DNA from: Bdellovibrionales bacterium
GTDB taxonomy: Bacteria; Bdellovibrionota; Bdellovibrionia; Bdellovibrionales; JAGQZY01
Direction of reading: 5' to 3'
Assembly (NCBI GenBank): GCA_964230645.1
Contig: CAXRHT010000002.1
Span: 1,216,001-1,280,000, forward strand
Length of the DNA stretch: 64,000 nucleotides
Part shown: positions 42,646 through 52,256 of the stretch, piece after piece
Numbering within the stretch: the stretch's first letter is position 1
How the letters are laid out: every line of letters starts with the position of its first letter
Program-made: the position numbers and the translations under genes
Notes under the pieces: generated by a model
What the model was told of the DNA's origin: nothing
Seen by the model: the letters and a program-made list of their open reading frames with translations, nothing else
The model's database searches: none

Positions 42646-42678
42646 TGATACGCTGTATCAATTTGACACGAAGTATAA
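42646..42678. promoter_or_regulatory. Tandem palindromic sites between the activator and the xerC-like gene
   Basis: TGATAC-GCT-GTATCA and degenerate TGACAC-GAA-GTATAA. Confidence 0.45.
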
Positions 42679-42757
42679 GTGCGGCGCGTAAAAAATGCAA
42701 GAAAAAATTATATTTTTTTTGCAGCTTTTTCATAAGGTCGAAATTAGAGGGGTTAGA

Positions 42758-43687
42758 GTGAAAATCCCACTCCCAGAATATATATGTAAATACTTGAAAT
42801 ACAATGACTTTCATAAAGGTTTGTCTCGTCATTCACTCAGAGCTTACGCCAGTGATTTGCTGCAAGTTTTTCAACTTTCGGACGATTGTACTTTTTACGG
42901 TCCCCTCTTAAATGGTGAGCCCGACTATGGGTTCAGCTCAAAAAATAAGCACTCAGAAGTCGAACAATTCTGGGCCGAACAGGTTCAAAATAGCCTGAGA
43001 AGCTGGGACAAGCTCTCTGCCCGCAGCCGAAAAAGAAAGATCTCAAGCCTGAAGGGCTTTCTCGATTGGCTAAAATCCTATGAGAAAATAGTGATCCCTC
43101 TACCGGAGTTTCATACCGGTAAGATCGCAATGAAAGTTCCCAATTTTCTGTCTGTGGACGAGTGCTTGAGTTTAGTTCACTATTTAAAAAATCAAAAAAC
43201 AGACTCAGAGGAAATTCGAAGACAACGCCTTCTCTTCTTTCTTCTTTATGGCTGTGGGTTGCGTGTATCAGAGGCCTGCTCGCTCAAGTGGAGTGATCTC
43301 TCCCGTTCAAGAGGAGCCCTGAGAATTTTAGGAAAAGGCAATCGCGAAAGATGGGCTATTGTCCCCAAACCGACATTAGGTGTGCTTGAAAAATATTACC
43401 GCGATGAAGACACCTATGTTTTTGGTAAGAAAGCCTTGTCCACAAGAACGGCTTACGAAGACATTCGAAATTTGGGAAAAAAAGCAGGGCTTTTTAAACC
43501 GATTCACCCTCACGCTCTCAGGCACAGTTACGCCACCCATTTACTCTCTAGTGGGTCCGACCTACGGGTTTTACAACAGCTTCTCGGTCATCAAAGCTTA
43601 GGTGCCACCGAGCTTTACACTCACCTAGATATTGACTCTTTAGCTCGCTCTATGGAACAACATCACCCACTATCAAAAAAATCTTAA
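42758..43687 (+). CDS. xerC: Tyrosine recombinase, XerC/XerD family
   Basis: GLRVSE, GKGNRER, HPHALRHSYATHLL, LGH, TELYTH catalytic residues. Confidence 0.82.
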   Translation: MKIPLPEYICKYLKYNDFHKGLSRHSLRAYASDLLQVFQLSDDCTFYGPLLNGEPDYGFSSKNKHSEVEQFWAEQVQNSLRSWDKLSARSRKRKISSLKGFLDWLKSYEKIVIPLPEFHTGKIAMKVPNFLSVDECLSLVHYLKNQKTDSEEIRRQRLLFFLLYGCGLRVSEACSLKWSDLSRSRGALRILGKGNRERWAIVPKPTLGVLEKYYRDEDTYVFGKKALSTRTAYEDIRNLGKKAGLFKPIHPHALRHSYATHLLSSGSDLRVLQQLLGHQSLGATELYTHLDIDSLARSMEQHHPLSKKS

Positions 43688-43699
43688 TGGGAGTGCAGG

Positions 43700-44236
43700 A
43701 TGAAAAAGGTCGTCTTTTTTGATCGGGATGGAACTTTAATATATGACAAAATTTACCTCAATGACCCCGACCAAATTGAATACCTCCCGAATGTCTTTGA
43801 AGGCGTGAAGCGTTTACGTGACCACGGTTTTGAATTTGTTATTGTAACGAATCAGTCGGGAGTTCCCCGTGGACTTGTCGAGGTTGAAAATTTAAAAAAA
43901 ATCCATCAAATCATTCGATCAGACTTTGCCAAACATGGTGTTGATATCCTTAACTTTTACTACGCTCCCTTTTTAGTCGAATCCAATCATCATTGGAGAA
44001 AACCAAACCCAGGTATGCTCGAAGCTGGTATTCGCGACTATAATATTAACCCAGAAAAGTCTTGGATGGTGGGTGATCGAATGACAGATGTCGAAGCTGG
44101 ACGCAGGGCTGGAGTTCAAAATGTGTTTCTTTATGGGACAGAGGATCCCGCCGAGTCTCCATTTGAACGAACCACTTTTGAGGCTAAAAACTTTAGCGAA
44201 GTCTGTGATCTTATTATTGAGAACTCAAAAGACTAG
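43700..44236 (+). CDS. gmhB: D,D-heptose 1,7-bisphosphate phosphatase (HAD-IIIA)
   Basis: DRDGTL, VTNQSG, RKPNPGM, VGDRMTD. Confidence 0.85.
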   Translation: MKKVVFFDRDGTLIYDKIYLNDPDQIEYLPNVFEGVKRLRDHGFEFVIVTNQSGVPRGLVEVENLKKIHQIIRSDFAKHGVDILNFYYAPFLVESNHHWRKPNPGMLEAGIRDYNINPEKSWMVGDRMTDVEAGRRAGVQNVFLYGTEDPAESPFERTTFEAKNFSEVCDLIIENSKD

Positions 44237-44338
44237 AGGGGACTCGTTTAATCGCCTTCCCTTAGCCCCTTTCTCTATTTTTTAGAACGGATGCTCGTTT
44301 TCAAAGCGTCTTAATATAGAGCAAATCAATTAAATCCT

Positions 44339-44365
44339 TTAAGTTAAGTTCCAATACACCGATAA
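44339..44365 (+). promoter_or_regulatory. Putative sigma28 (FliA) promoter
   Basis: TTAAG-N15-CCGATAA, 35 nt upstream of the FecR-domain gene. Confidence 0.6.
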
Positions 44366-44399
44366 AAAGTGGTAGGAAAACGCATATTTCGAGGAGCCT

Positions 44400-45428
44400 A
44401 TGATTCGCTTTTTATTTATTCCTTTAATCTTTTTTCTCTTAAGTTCTCAGTCCTATGGAGCCGACTGTGGTCAGTTCAAGGTGGTTAAGGGAAAGGTGAC
44501 CTTTCAGAAAAAGGGGCGCAAGCGTTTTCGAAAAGCCCGTATCAATAAAAAAGTCTGCCAAGGTGACAAGGTCAAAACCGAAACCGATTCTCGTGCCAAA
44601 ATTGTTATGGCCGACCAAAACGAGATTAATATTTCTCCGCAGACAGAGCTTCTCATTGAGGTTTATGAAAAAGATCAAAAAGCAGTCCTCAATGTCCTCA
44701 ATGGTAAGGTTCGCTCTAATGTAAAAAGGAAATATAAAGATGATGAGGACAATCACTACCGTGTAAAAACCAAGAGTGCCGTCGCTGGAGTTCGGGGAAC
44801 CGAGTTTTTGGCAAGCTTTTCACGAGCGACCAACGAATCAAAAATTGTGACCTTTGAAGGAATCGTTAAAGTTGGAAGATTGCAAGGCCGCCGCATTGTC
44901 GGAAGTGTGTTGGTTAAACCAGGCCACTTTACCTCCAATCGCGTGGGAAAGAATCCGCATCCGGCTAGGGAGATTCCTATTCAAGAGCTCTCGCAAATGG
45001 ATCAGGAGACCAACCTTTTAGACACCCCTCGCGACGTTTCTAGTGATAGCGCGGGTGAGACTATTGATAGTAACGAAGAGGCGACACCAGAAAACGGTGA
45101 CAACAGTGGCAGTAAAAAGCCTAAACAAAGACAACCTGACTCGACCCAGCCTGATAGTGATGGCAACCTGGAATCTGGAGACTCTCGAGCTAACAGAGGT
45201 GGACAAGCAAATACTAGAAAGCCTGATAGCATGCCTAATAAATTACCTCCTCCTGATCTTTCAATGAACGGACCAGAGCAAGGGCCCATTGATATACCGA
45301 AAGCCCCAAGTATGATGATGCCGCCTCCTCCACCGATGATGGACGATACCATCTGCCAAAACTGCAAAGATCCGTTGATGAACCAGAAGGTGAATCTAAC
45401 GATTGTCCCCAGACTTCCGGGGCAATAG
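44400..45428 (+). CDS. Secreted FecR-domain protein with disordered Pro-rich C-terminus
   Basis: Signal peptide; GDKVKT...SRA, VKTKSAVAGVRGTEF, VTFEG.V. Confidence 0.85.
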   Translation: MIRFLFIPLIFFLLSSQSYGADCGQFKVVKGKVTFQKKGRKRFRKARINKKVCQGDKVKTETDSRAKIVMADQNEINISPQTELLIEVYEKDQKAVLNVLNGKVRSNVKRKYKDDEDNHYRVKTKSAVAGVRGTEFLASFSRATNESKIVTFEGIVKVGRLQGRRIVGSVLVKPGHFTSNRVGKNPHPAREIPIQELSQMDQETNLLDTPRDVSSDSAGETIDSNEEATPENGDNSGSKKPKQRQPDSTQPDSDGNLESGDSRANRGGQANTRKPDSMPNKLPPPDLSMNGPEQGPIDIPKAPSMMMPPPPPMMDDTICQNCKDPLMNQKVNLTIVPRLPGQ

Positions 45429-45448
45429 ATAATAAAAATTTTTAAACT

Positions 45449-45481
45449 AAAAAGCCAAGGCCTAGGTCTTGGCTTTTTTAT
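45449..45481 (+). terminator. Intrinsic terminator
   Basis: AAAAGCCAAG...CTTGGCTTTTTT. Confidence 0.8.
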
Positions 45482-45628
45482 TTTTTATCTCCCGAACGAG
45501 TGTCTTTTTCACTTATCTTTTGCCCAGTCCCTCTCAAGCTTTGATTGTCTCAAAGTATTGAAGCCTTTAGACTATTTATATTATTCGTCACTGCTGTCTG
45601 GTGGACTTTGAGCTGCTGGTCAAAAGCT

Positions 45629-45840
45629 TGTCGTCTTTAGTTAAGCGAAAGACCTAAGATCCTTCGCTGCGCTCAGGATGACATTGGCTAGGATGCTGGG
45701 TGGGACACTGGGTGAAGCGCAGGTAAAAAGATCCTTCGCTACGCTTCAGGATGACATTGGCTAGGAAATTGGCCAGGACACTGGGTGGGACACTGGGTGA
45801 AACGCGGGAAAAAAGATCCTTCGCTGCGCTCAGGATGACA
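45629..45840. repeat. REP-like cluster: one degenerate inverted copy plus three direct copies with 12-bp subrepeats (locus 3)
   Basis: AGATCCTTCGCT(G/A)CGCT(T)CAGGATGACA at 45657-45683, 45729-45756, 45814-45840; degenerate inverse copy at 45629-45655. Confidence 0.85.
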
Positions 45841-45866
45841 TTTGGTGAAGTGAAAGGGGCCTCTTC

Positions 45867-47996
45867 ATGAATCAACAATTTTTCTTACTGTTTTTGCTTC
45901 TCGTTTCTCTACCCGGCTGGACTCAAGGCGGACGCTTTCATGTCTACAAAGAAGACTCAAAGAAGAGAGCCCAAATCAGAAATTCTCGTAAACTTGAAGT
46001 TTTCTATGAAAAGCTCTCGTGGAATCAAAAAAGCACTGAAATCGAGTCCGGCTATCTTTATTTAAAAGACCGTAAAACAGGAAAAGTCATCGAGATGAAA
46101 CTGAGTGAAACTCAACCAGACTCAGGTGTCTTTAATATCGAATATCCAATTGGTGTGTTGAAATTGAAAACGATCGAAGCGGAGATTTACTCGCCTCCTC
46201 AAGGCATGCTTAAAGACGATGGACGACTGAGTATGGCTGAAAACCTGATTGAGGATGGTTCTGTTAAACGAAAACCTTTTCTTCTCAGGGTTTTACGTCA
46301 GCGCGGTCAAATCGTCGATGTCTTTGACGATAAGGAAAAAGCACTGGCCGCCTTTGAAAGATACAAAGAAGAAATGGGAATTGATAAAGACAGTGTTGAG
46401 AGTGAAAGTATTATTGAAGTGGCCAATAAAGATAAGCCCGAGAGAACGAAAGTTGTCGATTCCTCCACACTACAATCTATGTTTCTCGCTAATGAAAATG
46501 ACTTGGAAGCCACTAATGAAAAAAACAAAGAGCTTCGTGAGGTACTAAGAAATCTTGAGTTAAAGCGCAGGAAAACCATAGAAGAAAATGCAAAGCTGTG
46601 GAGCTCGGCTCAGGAAAAAGCCAATGCTAAAGAGGCCAATGATCTTATCGGAAAAGGAGTGGCCCAACTCAATAACACCAACTATGAAGAGTCCATGGAG
46701 GCCTTTCTTAAAGCTTCCGACCTTGACCCCGATGATGAGGATATTTATGAGCAGTATGGTATTTCTCTTTATCGATTGAAAAAATACAATCAGGCGATTG
46801 TTGTTTTAGATATTTCCAAACCCACAGCCGAACGCGTTGATGAAAAGAATTATTACATAGGCATGTCCTACTTTCAGCTCAAAGACTATGGCAATGCTGT
46901 CGCCTCTCTTGAAAAAGTGATTCAAAATAAAAACGAAGCTTTCGGACCAACTGCCGCCTTCTATAAGGGTTTAAGTCTTATAGAATTACAAAAATACGAT
47001 GAAGCGAAGCTTGCCTTCCAGTATGTTTTAGATCATTCAAAAAATCCTGAAATGGATAAAAGAGCGGAAAGCTATATTGAGTACACCCTGGACCGCAAAT
47101 CCATTGCCGAGAAGCAGTCTCATTGGTTTTTTATGGATGGCGTGCTTGGCTTAATGTATGACTCCAATATTGTTTTAGCCAGAGACCAAGCCAGGGAATT
47201 GGGACTGGTTACCAATGAAGAGGGTTTTCGTGGTTTAGTGCAGCTCTCCCCTCGCTTGCGCCCTTATTATTCGAATTCGGATGAGATCAACATTCGCTTT
47301 GATTTCACAATGTTGCAGAGCCGTGATGAGGATTTTTCAACCAATGCCGTTGCTGAAACGGCTGATCCTATTATCATGAGCCTGTCAGTTCCTTGGACCC
47401 ATAGGGGCAGCCTTGATGGTAAAGGCTACTTTTTTGACCTAGCTCCCGCCTATGAGCAGATCATCATGGATTTAGATGGCACAGGTAATGCCACAATCAC
47501 CAATTCAATCAAACTACGATTTGATAACACTTTAGTAATAAGTAAAAGTTGGATTGCTAAGGGTGATTGGTTTTTCGCACAAAATGATTCTAACATTCTG
47601 GGAGACGAGACCAGTGCGGACTCTTTCTCTGGAGGGCTGAGGCTTTCAAGCATTTTTGTACTTAATAAAGATGCTGAGAGATATATTATCCCCGAATTTT
47701 CCTATCAAATTAATGACGCCAAAGCGGCGATCTACCATTTTAACCGTGTGGATATCGCTACTACCTTCACAACCGGAGTCTTTGCAGGCTTTATTTGGAA
47801 TTCAAGAGCCGGTTACTACTTGGCCAACTACGAGAGCCGGCGAACGGATAATAACTACACTCTTTCGACCGGTCTTACTAAACGCTTGAACTCCCATTGG
47901 AACTGGGGAATCAACGGTTCTTATATAATCAATGATTCCAATACGAACTACTACAATAAGCACAATATTGTGACGACATTCTCTTTTTCTTACTAA
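45867..47996 (+). CDS. TPR-repeat protein with C-terminal outer-membrane beta-barrel
   Basis: Signal peptide; several TPRs (YYIGMSYFQLKDYGNA); YDSNI barrel start; ends TFSFSY. Confidence 0.8.
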   Translation: MNQQFFLLFLLLVSLPGWTQGGRFHVYKEDSKKRAQIRNSRKLEVFYEKLSWNQKSTEIESGYLYLKDRKTGKVIEMKLSETQPDSGVFNIEYPIGVLKLKTIEAEIYSPPQGMLKDDGRLSMAENLIEDGSVKRKPFLLRVLRQRGQIVDVFDDKEKALAAFERYKEEMGIDKDSVESESIIEVANKDKPERTKVVDSSTLQSMFLANENDLEATNEKNKELREVLRNLELKRRKTIEENAKLWSSAQEKANAKEANDLIGKGVAQLNNTNYEESMEAFLKASDLDPDDEDIYEQYGISLYRLKKYNQAIVVLDISKPTAERVDEKNYYIGMSYFQLKDYGNAVASLEKVIQNKNEAFGPTAAFYKGLSLIELQKYDEAKLAFQYVLDHSKNPEMDKRAESYIEYTLDRKSIAEKQSHWFFMDGVLGLMYDSNIVLARDQARELGLVTNEEGFRGLVQLSPRLRPYYSNSDEINIRFDFTMLQSRDEDFSTNAVAETADPIIMSLSVPWTHRGSLDGKGYFFDLAPAYEQIIMDLDGTGNATITNSIKLRFDNTLVISKSWIAKGDWFFAQNDSNILGDETSADSFSGGLRLSSIFVLNKDAERYIIPEFSYQINDAKAAIYHFNRVDIATTFTTGVFAGFIWNSRAGYYLANYESRRTDNNYTLSTGLTKRLNSHWNWGINGSYIINDSNTNYYNKHNIVTTFSFSY

Positions 47997-48005
47997 AGGA
48001 GACTG

Positions 48006-48608
48006 TTAGAAACTTTCAAACTCTTCTCTGAGGGTTAGATCCATCTCTCTGAGGAGATTTTTAGTCTTTTGATCAATAAAATTAAACTCATCGTCTGTTA
48101 AATGGATCTTGTGGTTTTCACTCACTGGTCTTGCAATGAATTCATTGCTGTCTTCATTAAGGTCAAGAAAGCCGAGATAGTAAAGAAACTTGATCTCAAA
48201 ATGAAGTTTTAAATGCAGTGGGTTTTCAGTCGTCTCTAAGGTTTTTAGGCTATTTCCGAGGAGATCAAAAAGCCTACGGTTGTCACCTAGCCCTTCTCTT
48301 GTACCCTTAGAGATTAACTTCAAAAAATGAAAAGCCCATTGCAGTTTCTGGTAATTTTTTCGAAGCTCCGGAAAGCCTTCAATAACCTTAGCCTCTTGTA
48401 TATAAAAGAAACCCGCTTTTGATTCTGTATAAAAAATCTCCACGAAATTGATAGGCTCTAGCACTCCCCCACTGAATCTTCTTTTGCTTTTCAATGCATT
48501 TTTGGCTGTAAAAACCCACTTTTCTCCCTCTTTACTGATGGCGTCGATCAATAAATCGGAGTCATTAAAGGGCTTCGCACGAAGATTGATAAATTTACCA
48601 GATGGCAT
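48006..48608 (-). CDS. recO: DNA repair protein RecO (short form)
   Basis: DSDLLI...AKNALKSKRRFSGG.LEP; FEIKFLYYLGF. Confidence 0.82.
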   Translation of the reverse strand: MPSGKFINLRAKPFNDSDLLIDAISKEGEKWVFTAKNALKSKRRFSGGVLEPINFVEIFYTESKAGFFYIQEAKVIEGFPELRKNYQKLQWAFHFLKLISKGTREGLGDNRRLFDLLGNSLKTLETTENPLHLKLHFEIKFLYYLGFLDLNEDSNEFIARPVSENHKIHLTDDEFNFIDQKTKNLLREMDLTLREEFESF

Positions 48609-49935
48609 AATAGAAAACGAGAATAAGGACAGAGAAAATGTTCGAGACGATCAAAGAAATCGATGGCCCCGAGACGATCGGATCAAAGCGCAACCGACTG
48701 ATAAGAAGTGGAATGGCCATTGAAACTAGAAGAGTGGCGAGCAATTGGATCGCTAATACAGCGCCTAAAATTGAGGGCACCTGCATCCACTCCCCTGTTG
48801 AAACACTCCCTAACACGAACAGAAGACTCATAAAGGCCAGAAGACTCAGTCCAATTAAAAATTCTTTTTTTAATAAGGCCAGGGACTTTTGAGTGGAGGT
48901 GGCATGAATTCGTAAAAGAGAGATAATCATCGTTACCGTTTGGCTAGAGGAGGTTGATACCAAAAAGAAAGCCAAAGGCAGTAAGCAAATCGCATTGTTT
49001 AATACGGGTTCAAGCTCGAAGGGCTTAAGTGTTGTCCAAAGAAGGAAAAAACAGATGGCTCCACCAAAACCAGCCAATAAAAGCCAAGGTAAACGCGCTT
49101 GAAGGTGTACCCAATAAGACTCCTCCAAGTCCGCCCCTCCCATTCCGAGAGCTTGGATATCCTCTGCCGCCTCTTCCCTAATAACATCGATCACGTCATC
49201 AACAGTGATCACTCCGACAAGATCGTTGTTTTCATCAATTACCGGAAGAGAGAGGAAGTCATATTTTTCAACCACACGCGCCACCTCGTTCTGGCTCGTG
49301 GTCAGATCCACAGAGATAACATCAGTAGACATGATGTCCTTGAGTCGATCTTGAGGACGAGAGAGGAGAAGCTGCTTAAGGCTTAGCACTCCCACAAGGC
49401 GAGAGGTCTCAGTGATCACGTAAATATAAAAAGAAATTAGATCCTCATCCATGGTTTGAATTTTTTGAATGGATTCGCTGACAGTGAGGGACTCTTCGAT
49501 GGTGAGGTATTCTGAACTCATCAGTCCACCGGCGGAATCCTCAGGGTAGCTCATGAGTTCCTCAACATCTTGGAGCTCATCTTTTTTAAGGCCACTTAAG
49601 ACTTTTTGAGAAAGTTCATCGGGAAGGTGACCAAGAAGGTCGGCGGCATCATCGCTGTCCATAATTCCCAAAAGCTTTTGAAGTTTGGACACTTCATAAA
49701 TTTCGGCAATTTCTAATTGGTATTTTTTGTTCAAATGGCTGAGAATTTCGGCCTGGCGTTCTGGATCAGAGATCAATTGAAAAACGGAGATTCGCCCTTC
49801 TGTATCAAGAACCTCAAGTACACTGGCCACGTCGGCATCGTGAGTCTTATTGATAATCCTTCGGATGTTTCTCTCGGCTCCCCGTCTCTGTAACTTGATA
49901 ATGCTGTTGGCGAGAAGTTTCGTTCGCTGATCCAT
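48595..49935 (-). CDS. mgtE: MgtE-family transporter (N-domain, CBS pair, TM domain)
   Basis: SDDAADLL, YPEDSAGGLM, GVITVDDVIDV, RLPWL. Confidence 0.9.
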   Translation of the reverse strand: MDQRTKLLANSIIKLQRRGAERNIRRIINKTHDADVASVLEVLDTEGRISVFQLISDPERQAEILSHLNKKYQLEIAEIYEVSKLQKLLGIMDSDDAADLLGHLPDELSQKVLSGLKKDELQDVEELMSYPEDSAGGLMSSEYLTIEESLTVSESIQKIQTMDEDLISFYIYVITETSRLVGVLSLKQLLLSRPQDRLKDIMSTDVISVDLTTSQNEVARVVEKYDFLSLPVIDENNDLVGVITVDDVIDVIREEAAEDIQALGMGGADLEESYWVHLQARLPWLLLAGFGGAICFFLLWTTLKPFELEPVLNNAICLLPLAFFLVSTSSSQTVTMIISLLRIHATSTQKSLALLKKEFLIGLSLLAFMSLLFVLGSVSTGEWMQVPSILGAVLAIQLLATLLVSMAIPLLISRLRFDPIVSGPSISLIVSNIFSVLILVFYYAIW

Positions 49936-49938
49936 GGT

Positions 49939-50892
49939 TTAAACCTCTTCTTTTTTGTATAACACAAAAACAAGGCCACCGAATAGTCCCACCACAAACT
50001 GCACGGCCTGATAAAAGGTAATTAAAAGCACACCAAATTCACCGTTACCAGCCACTTCTTTAAATAAGTAATAGAAGGCCGCCTGCCCCACACCAATCCC
50101 AGCAGGCGAAATAGGTAAAATGGTCGCAAGGAAACCAAAAGGGAAAATAATAAGGATTTCCCACCAGGGGATGTCGACTCCAAGAAAGAGGCCGAGAAAA
50201 ATCCCAATTCCAATCACAACACCTTGGCCGATGAGGCTCAATAAAAAGGGAACGACCACTTTCTTTGGTCGTTGGAAGAAAAAGAAGAGAGGGAGTAGGA
50301 CCTTCTCCACAAAAGGGTGAGACTTTAGAAGGCCTTCAATTTTCTTTTTAGGACTAAGAAGCAGAAACAGGATAAGGACCACAAACCCAACCAGAATGAG
50401 CGAACTCATGGTAAAGACGCCCATTTGCAGCTTCTCGGGCAAATCTTGGTAGAAGAACAAACCCGCAATACCTGAATACAGCATAAGAGCGAGGAGTCCA
50501 AAAATGCGATCCACCAAGGTGGACCAACCAATGAACCATTTTTTTGCTTTTACGTCTCCCATGAGAAAACCGGCCTTCACCACATCTCCTCCGACTCCTC
50601 CAGGCATAAAGAAGTTAAAGAAAATCCCAATCAGGGAAAGTTTGTAAATTTTGGAGAAAGTCACAGGGATCGATTCAAAGGAAAGAAGGATTTGCCATCT
50701 TTTAGAGTTCACGGCCAGAACTCCAAAAAATAACAAAACCCCGACAATCCAAATCCATGGGGAGCTGATCTTCTTTAATTCATTGAGGTCGAAACGCCCG
50801 GATTGGACCAACCAGTAGATGAGAGCTCCAGCCAGGGATATCTTAAATAAGGGTGTCAGCCATTGCCTCCACCGACTTTCCTTGCTAACCAT
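49939..50892 (-). CDS. Lysylphosphatidylglycerol-synthase TM domain (UPF0104) flippase-like protein
   Basis: RWQILL, FFNFFMPGGVGGDVVK, DRIFG, LPISPAGIGV. Confidence 0.85.
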   Translation of the reverse strand: MVSKESRWRQWLTPLFKISLAGALIYWLVQSGRFDLNELKKISSPWIWIVGVLLFFGVLAVNSKRWQILLSFESIPVTFSKIYKLSLIGIFFNFFMPGGVGGDVVKAGFLMGDVKAKKWFIGWSTLVDRIFGLLALMLYSGIAGLFFYQDLPEKLQMGVFTMSSLILVGFVVLILFLLLSPKKKIEGLLKSHPFVEKVLLPLFFFFQRPKKVVVPFLLSLIGQGVVIGIGIFLGLFLGVDIPWWEILIIFPFGFLATILPISPAGIGVGQAAFYYLFKEVAGNGEFGVLLITFYQAVQFVVGLFGGLVFVLYKKEEV

Positions 50893-50940
50893 AAACCTTG
50901 TATCTAAGCTTTTTAAAGGACTCTTGCCAAGGTAAAGATT

Positions 50941-52245
50941 ATGGAAATTGCTGTAGTAGGAACAGGTTACGTGGGACTCGTTGCTGGCGTCTGTTTTGCT
51001 GACGTGGGTCATAAAGTGACATGTGTTGATAACAACTCGGAGAAAATTAATGCCTTAAAGGACGGCAAAATCCCTATTTTTGAGCCAGGCCTTGAAGACA
51101 TTCTCAAATCAGCAAAAAGTCGAATACAGTTCACTACAAATTTGAGCGAGGGGATTGAAAAAGCGGAGGTCGTATTTATCGCCGTGGGAACGCCTGAGAC
51201 AGAAGATGGAAGTGCGGACCTTGGCCCGACCTTCTCTGTGCTTGAGGGTATTTGTGAAGCCGCTCAAAGTGAAAAAATAGTGGTGTTAAAAAGCACGGTT
51301 CCCGTGGGAACCAATAAAAAAGTTCGCGACTTTATCAAAGAAAAAAGCACTTACGCTCACGAGGTGGTCAATAATCCTGAGTTCTTGAAAGAAGGGGCGG
51401 CGATTGATGACTTTCTTCGTCCCGACCGTGTCGTTATTGGTTGTGGCTCTGAGAAAGCGAAAAAAGTGATGGGAAAACTCTACGCACCTTTCGTGCGAAA
51501 CGGGCACCCTATTTTATACATGTCCAACACGGCCGCCGAACTCACCAAGTATGCCGCTAACTCTTTCCTTTCCGTAAAGATCAGTTTTGCCAATGAGCTG
51601 GCGGCCCTGGCTGACCAAGTGGGTGCAGATATCGACGAAGTTCGTGCGGGTTTCACCTCAGACAACAGAATTAACCCGGCCTTTTTCTACCCGGGCTCTG
51701 GTTACGGCGGAAGTTGCTTTCCTAAAGACGTGCAAGCTCTGATTCATACGGCTGAGGAAAACAATACAACCATGAGTATTGTCAAAGCCGCTGACAAAGT
51801 AAACGATCAACAAAAAACCGTCTTGGTTGAAAAGGTTATGAAGAAGTTTGGAGACGTCAAAGGAAAAACTTTTGCTCTTTGGGGCCTTTCTTTTAAACCA
51901 AGAACAGACGATGTGCGAGAAGCTCCTGCAGGGTACATCATTAAAAGTTTAACAGAAAAAGGGGCGAAGATTGTGGCCTACGATCCCATTGCCATGGAGT
52001 CTGCCAAAAAGAATTTTGAGGGCGAGTTCGAACTCGCCGAATCGGCTAATGAGGCTTGTAAAGATGCTGATGCTCTCTTAATTGTGACTGAGTGGAATGA
52101 ATTCCGGAATCCTGATTTTGAGGGACTTAAAAAAACGTTAAAAGACAAAGTCATTTTTGACGGACGCAATGCTCTCAATCCAAAAGATGTTAAAAAGCAC
52201 GGCTTTGAATACTACTGTGTGGGCCGTCAATCTCTATTCACTTAA
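50941..52245 (+). CDS. ugd: UDP-glucose 6-dehydrogenase
   Basis: GTGYVGL, KSTVPVGT, NPEFLKEG, GYGGSCFPKD. Confidence 0.96.
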   Translation: MEIAVVGTGYVGLVAGVCFADVGHKVTCVDNNSEKINALKDGKIPIFEPGLEDILKSAKSRIQFTTNLSEGIEKAEVVFIAVGTPETEDGSADLGPTFSVLEGICEAAQSEKIVVLKSTVPVGTNKKVRDFIKEKSTYAHEVVNNPEFLKEGAAIDDFLRPDRVVIGCGSEKAKKVMGKLYAPFVRNGHPILYMSNTAAELTKYAANSFLSVKISFANELAALADQVGADIDEVRAGFTSDNRINPAFFYPGSGYGGSCFPKDVQALIHTAEENNTTMSIVKAADKVNDQQKTVLVEKVMKKFGDVKGKTFALWGLSFKPRTDDVREAPAGYIIKSLTEKGAKIVAYDPIAMESAKKNFEGEFELAESANEACKDADALLIVTEWNEFRNPDFEGLKKTLKDKVIFDGRNALNPKDVKKHGFEYYCVGRQSLFT

Positions 52246-52256
52246 GGTTTTAAACG

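Noticed and set aside
42758..43687. Prophage or island integrase
   Set aside because: XerC/D-like size and motifs, housekeeping neighbours, and no att-like repeats, tRNA target or phage genes.
45657..45840. CRISPR array (three ~27-nt direct repeats with spacers)
   Set aside because: The spacers are homologous to each other and unequal in length, the repeat is dispersed elsewhere in both orientations, and no cas genes are present.
45654..45878. 74-aa minus-strand ORF (VILSAAKDL / CHPERSEGS)
   Set aside because: It is a translation of the REP-like repeat; the same applies to ORFs 19229..19420 and the start of 14435..14851.
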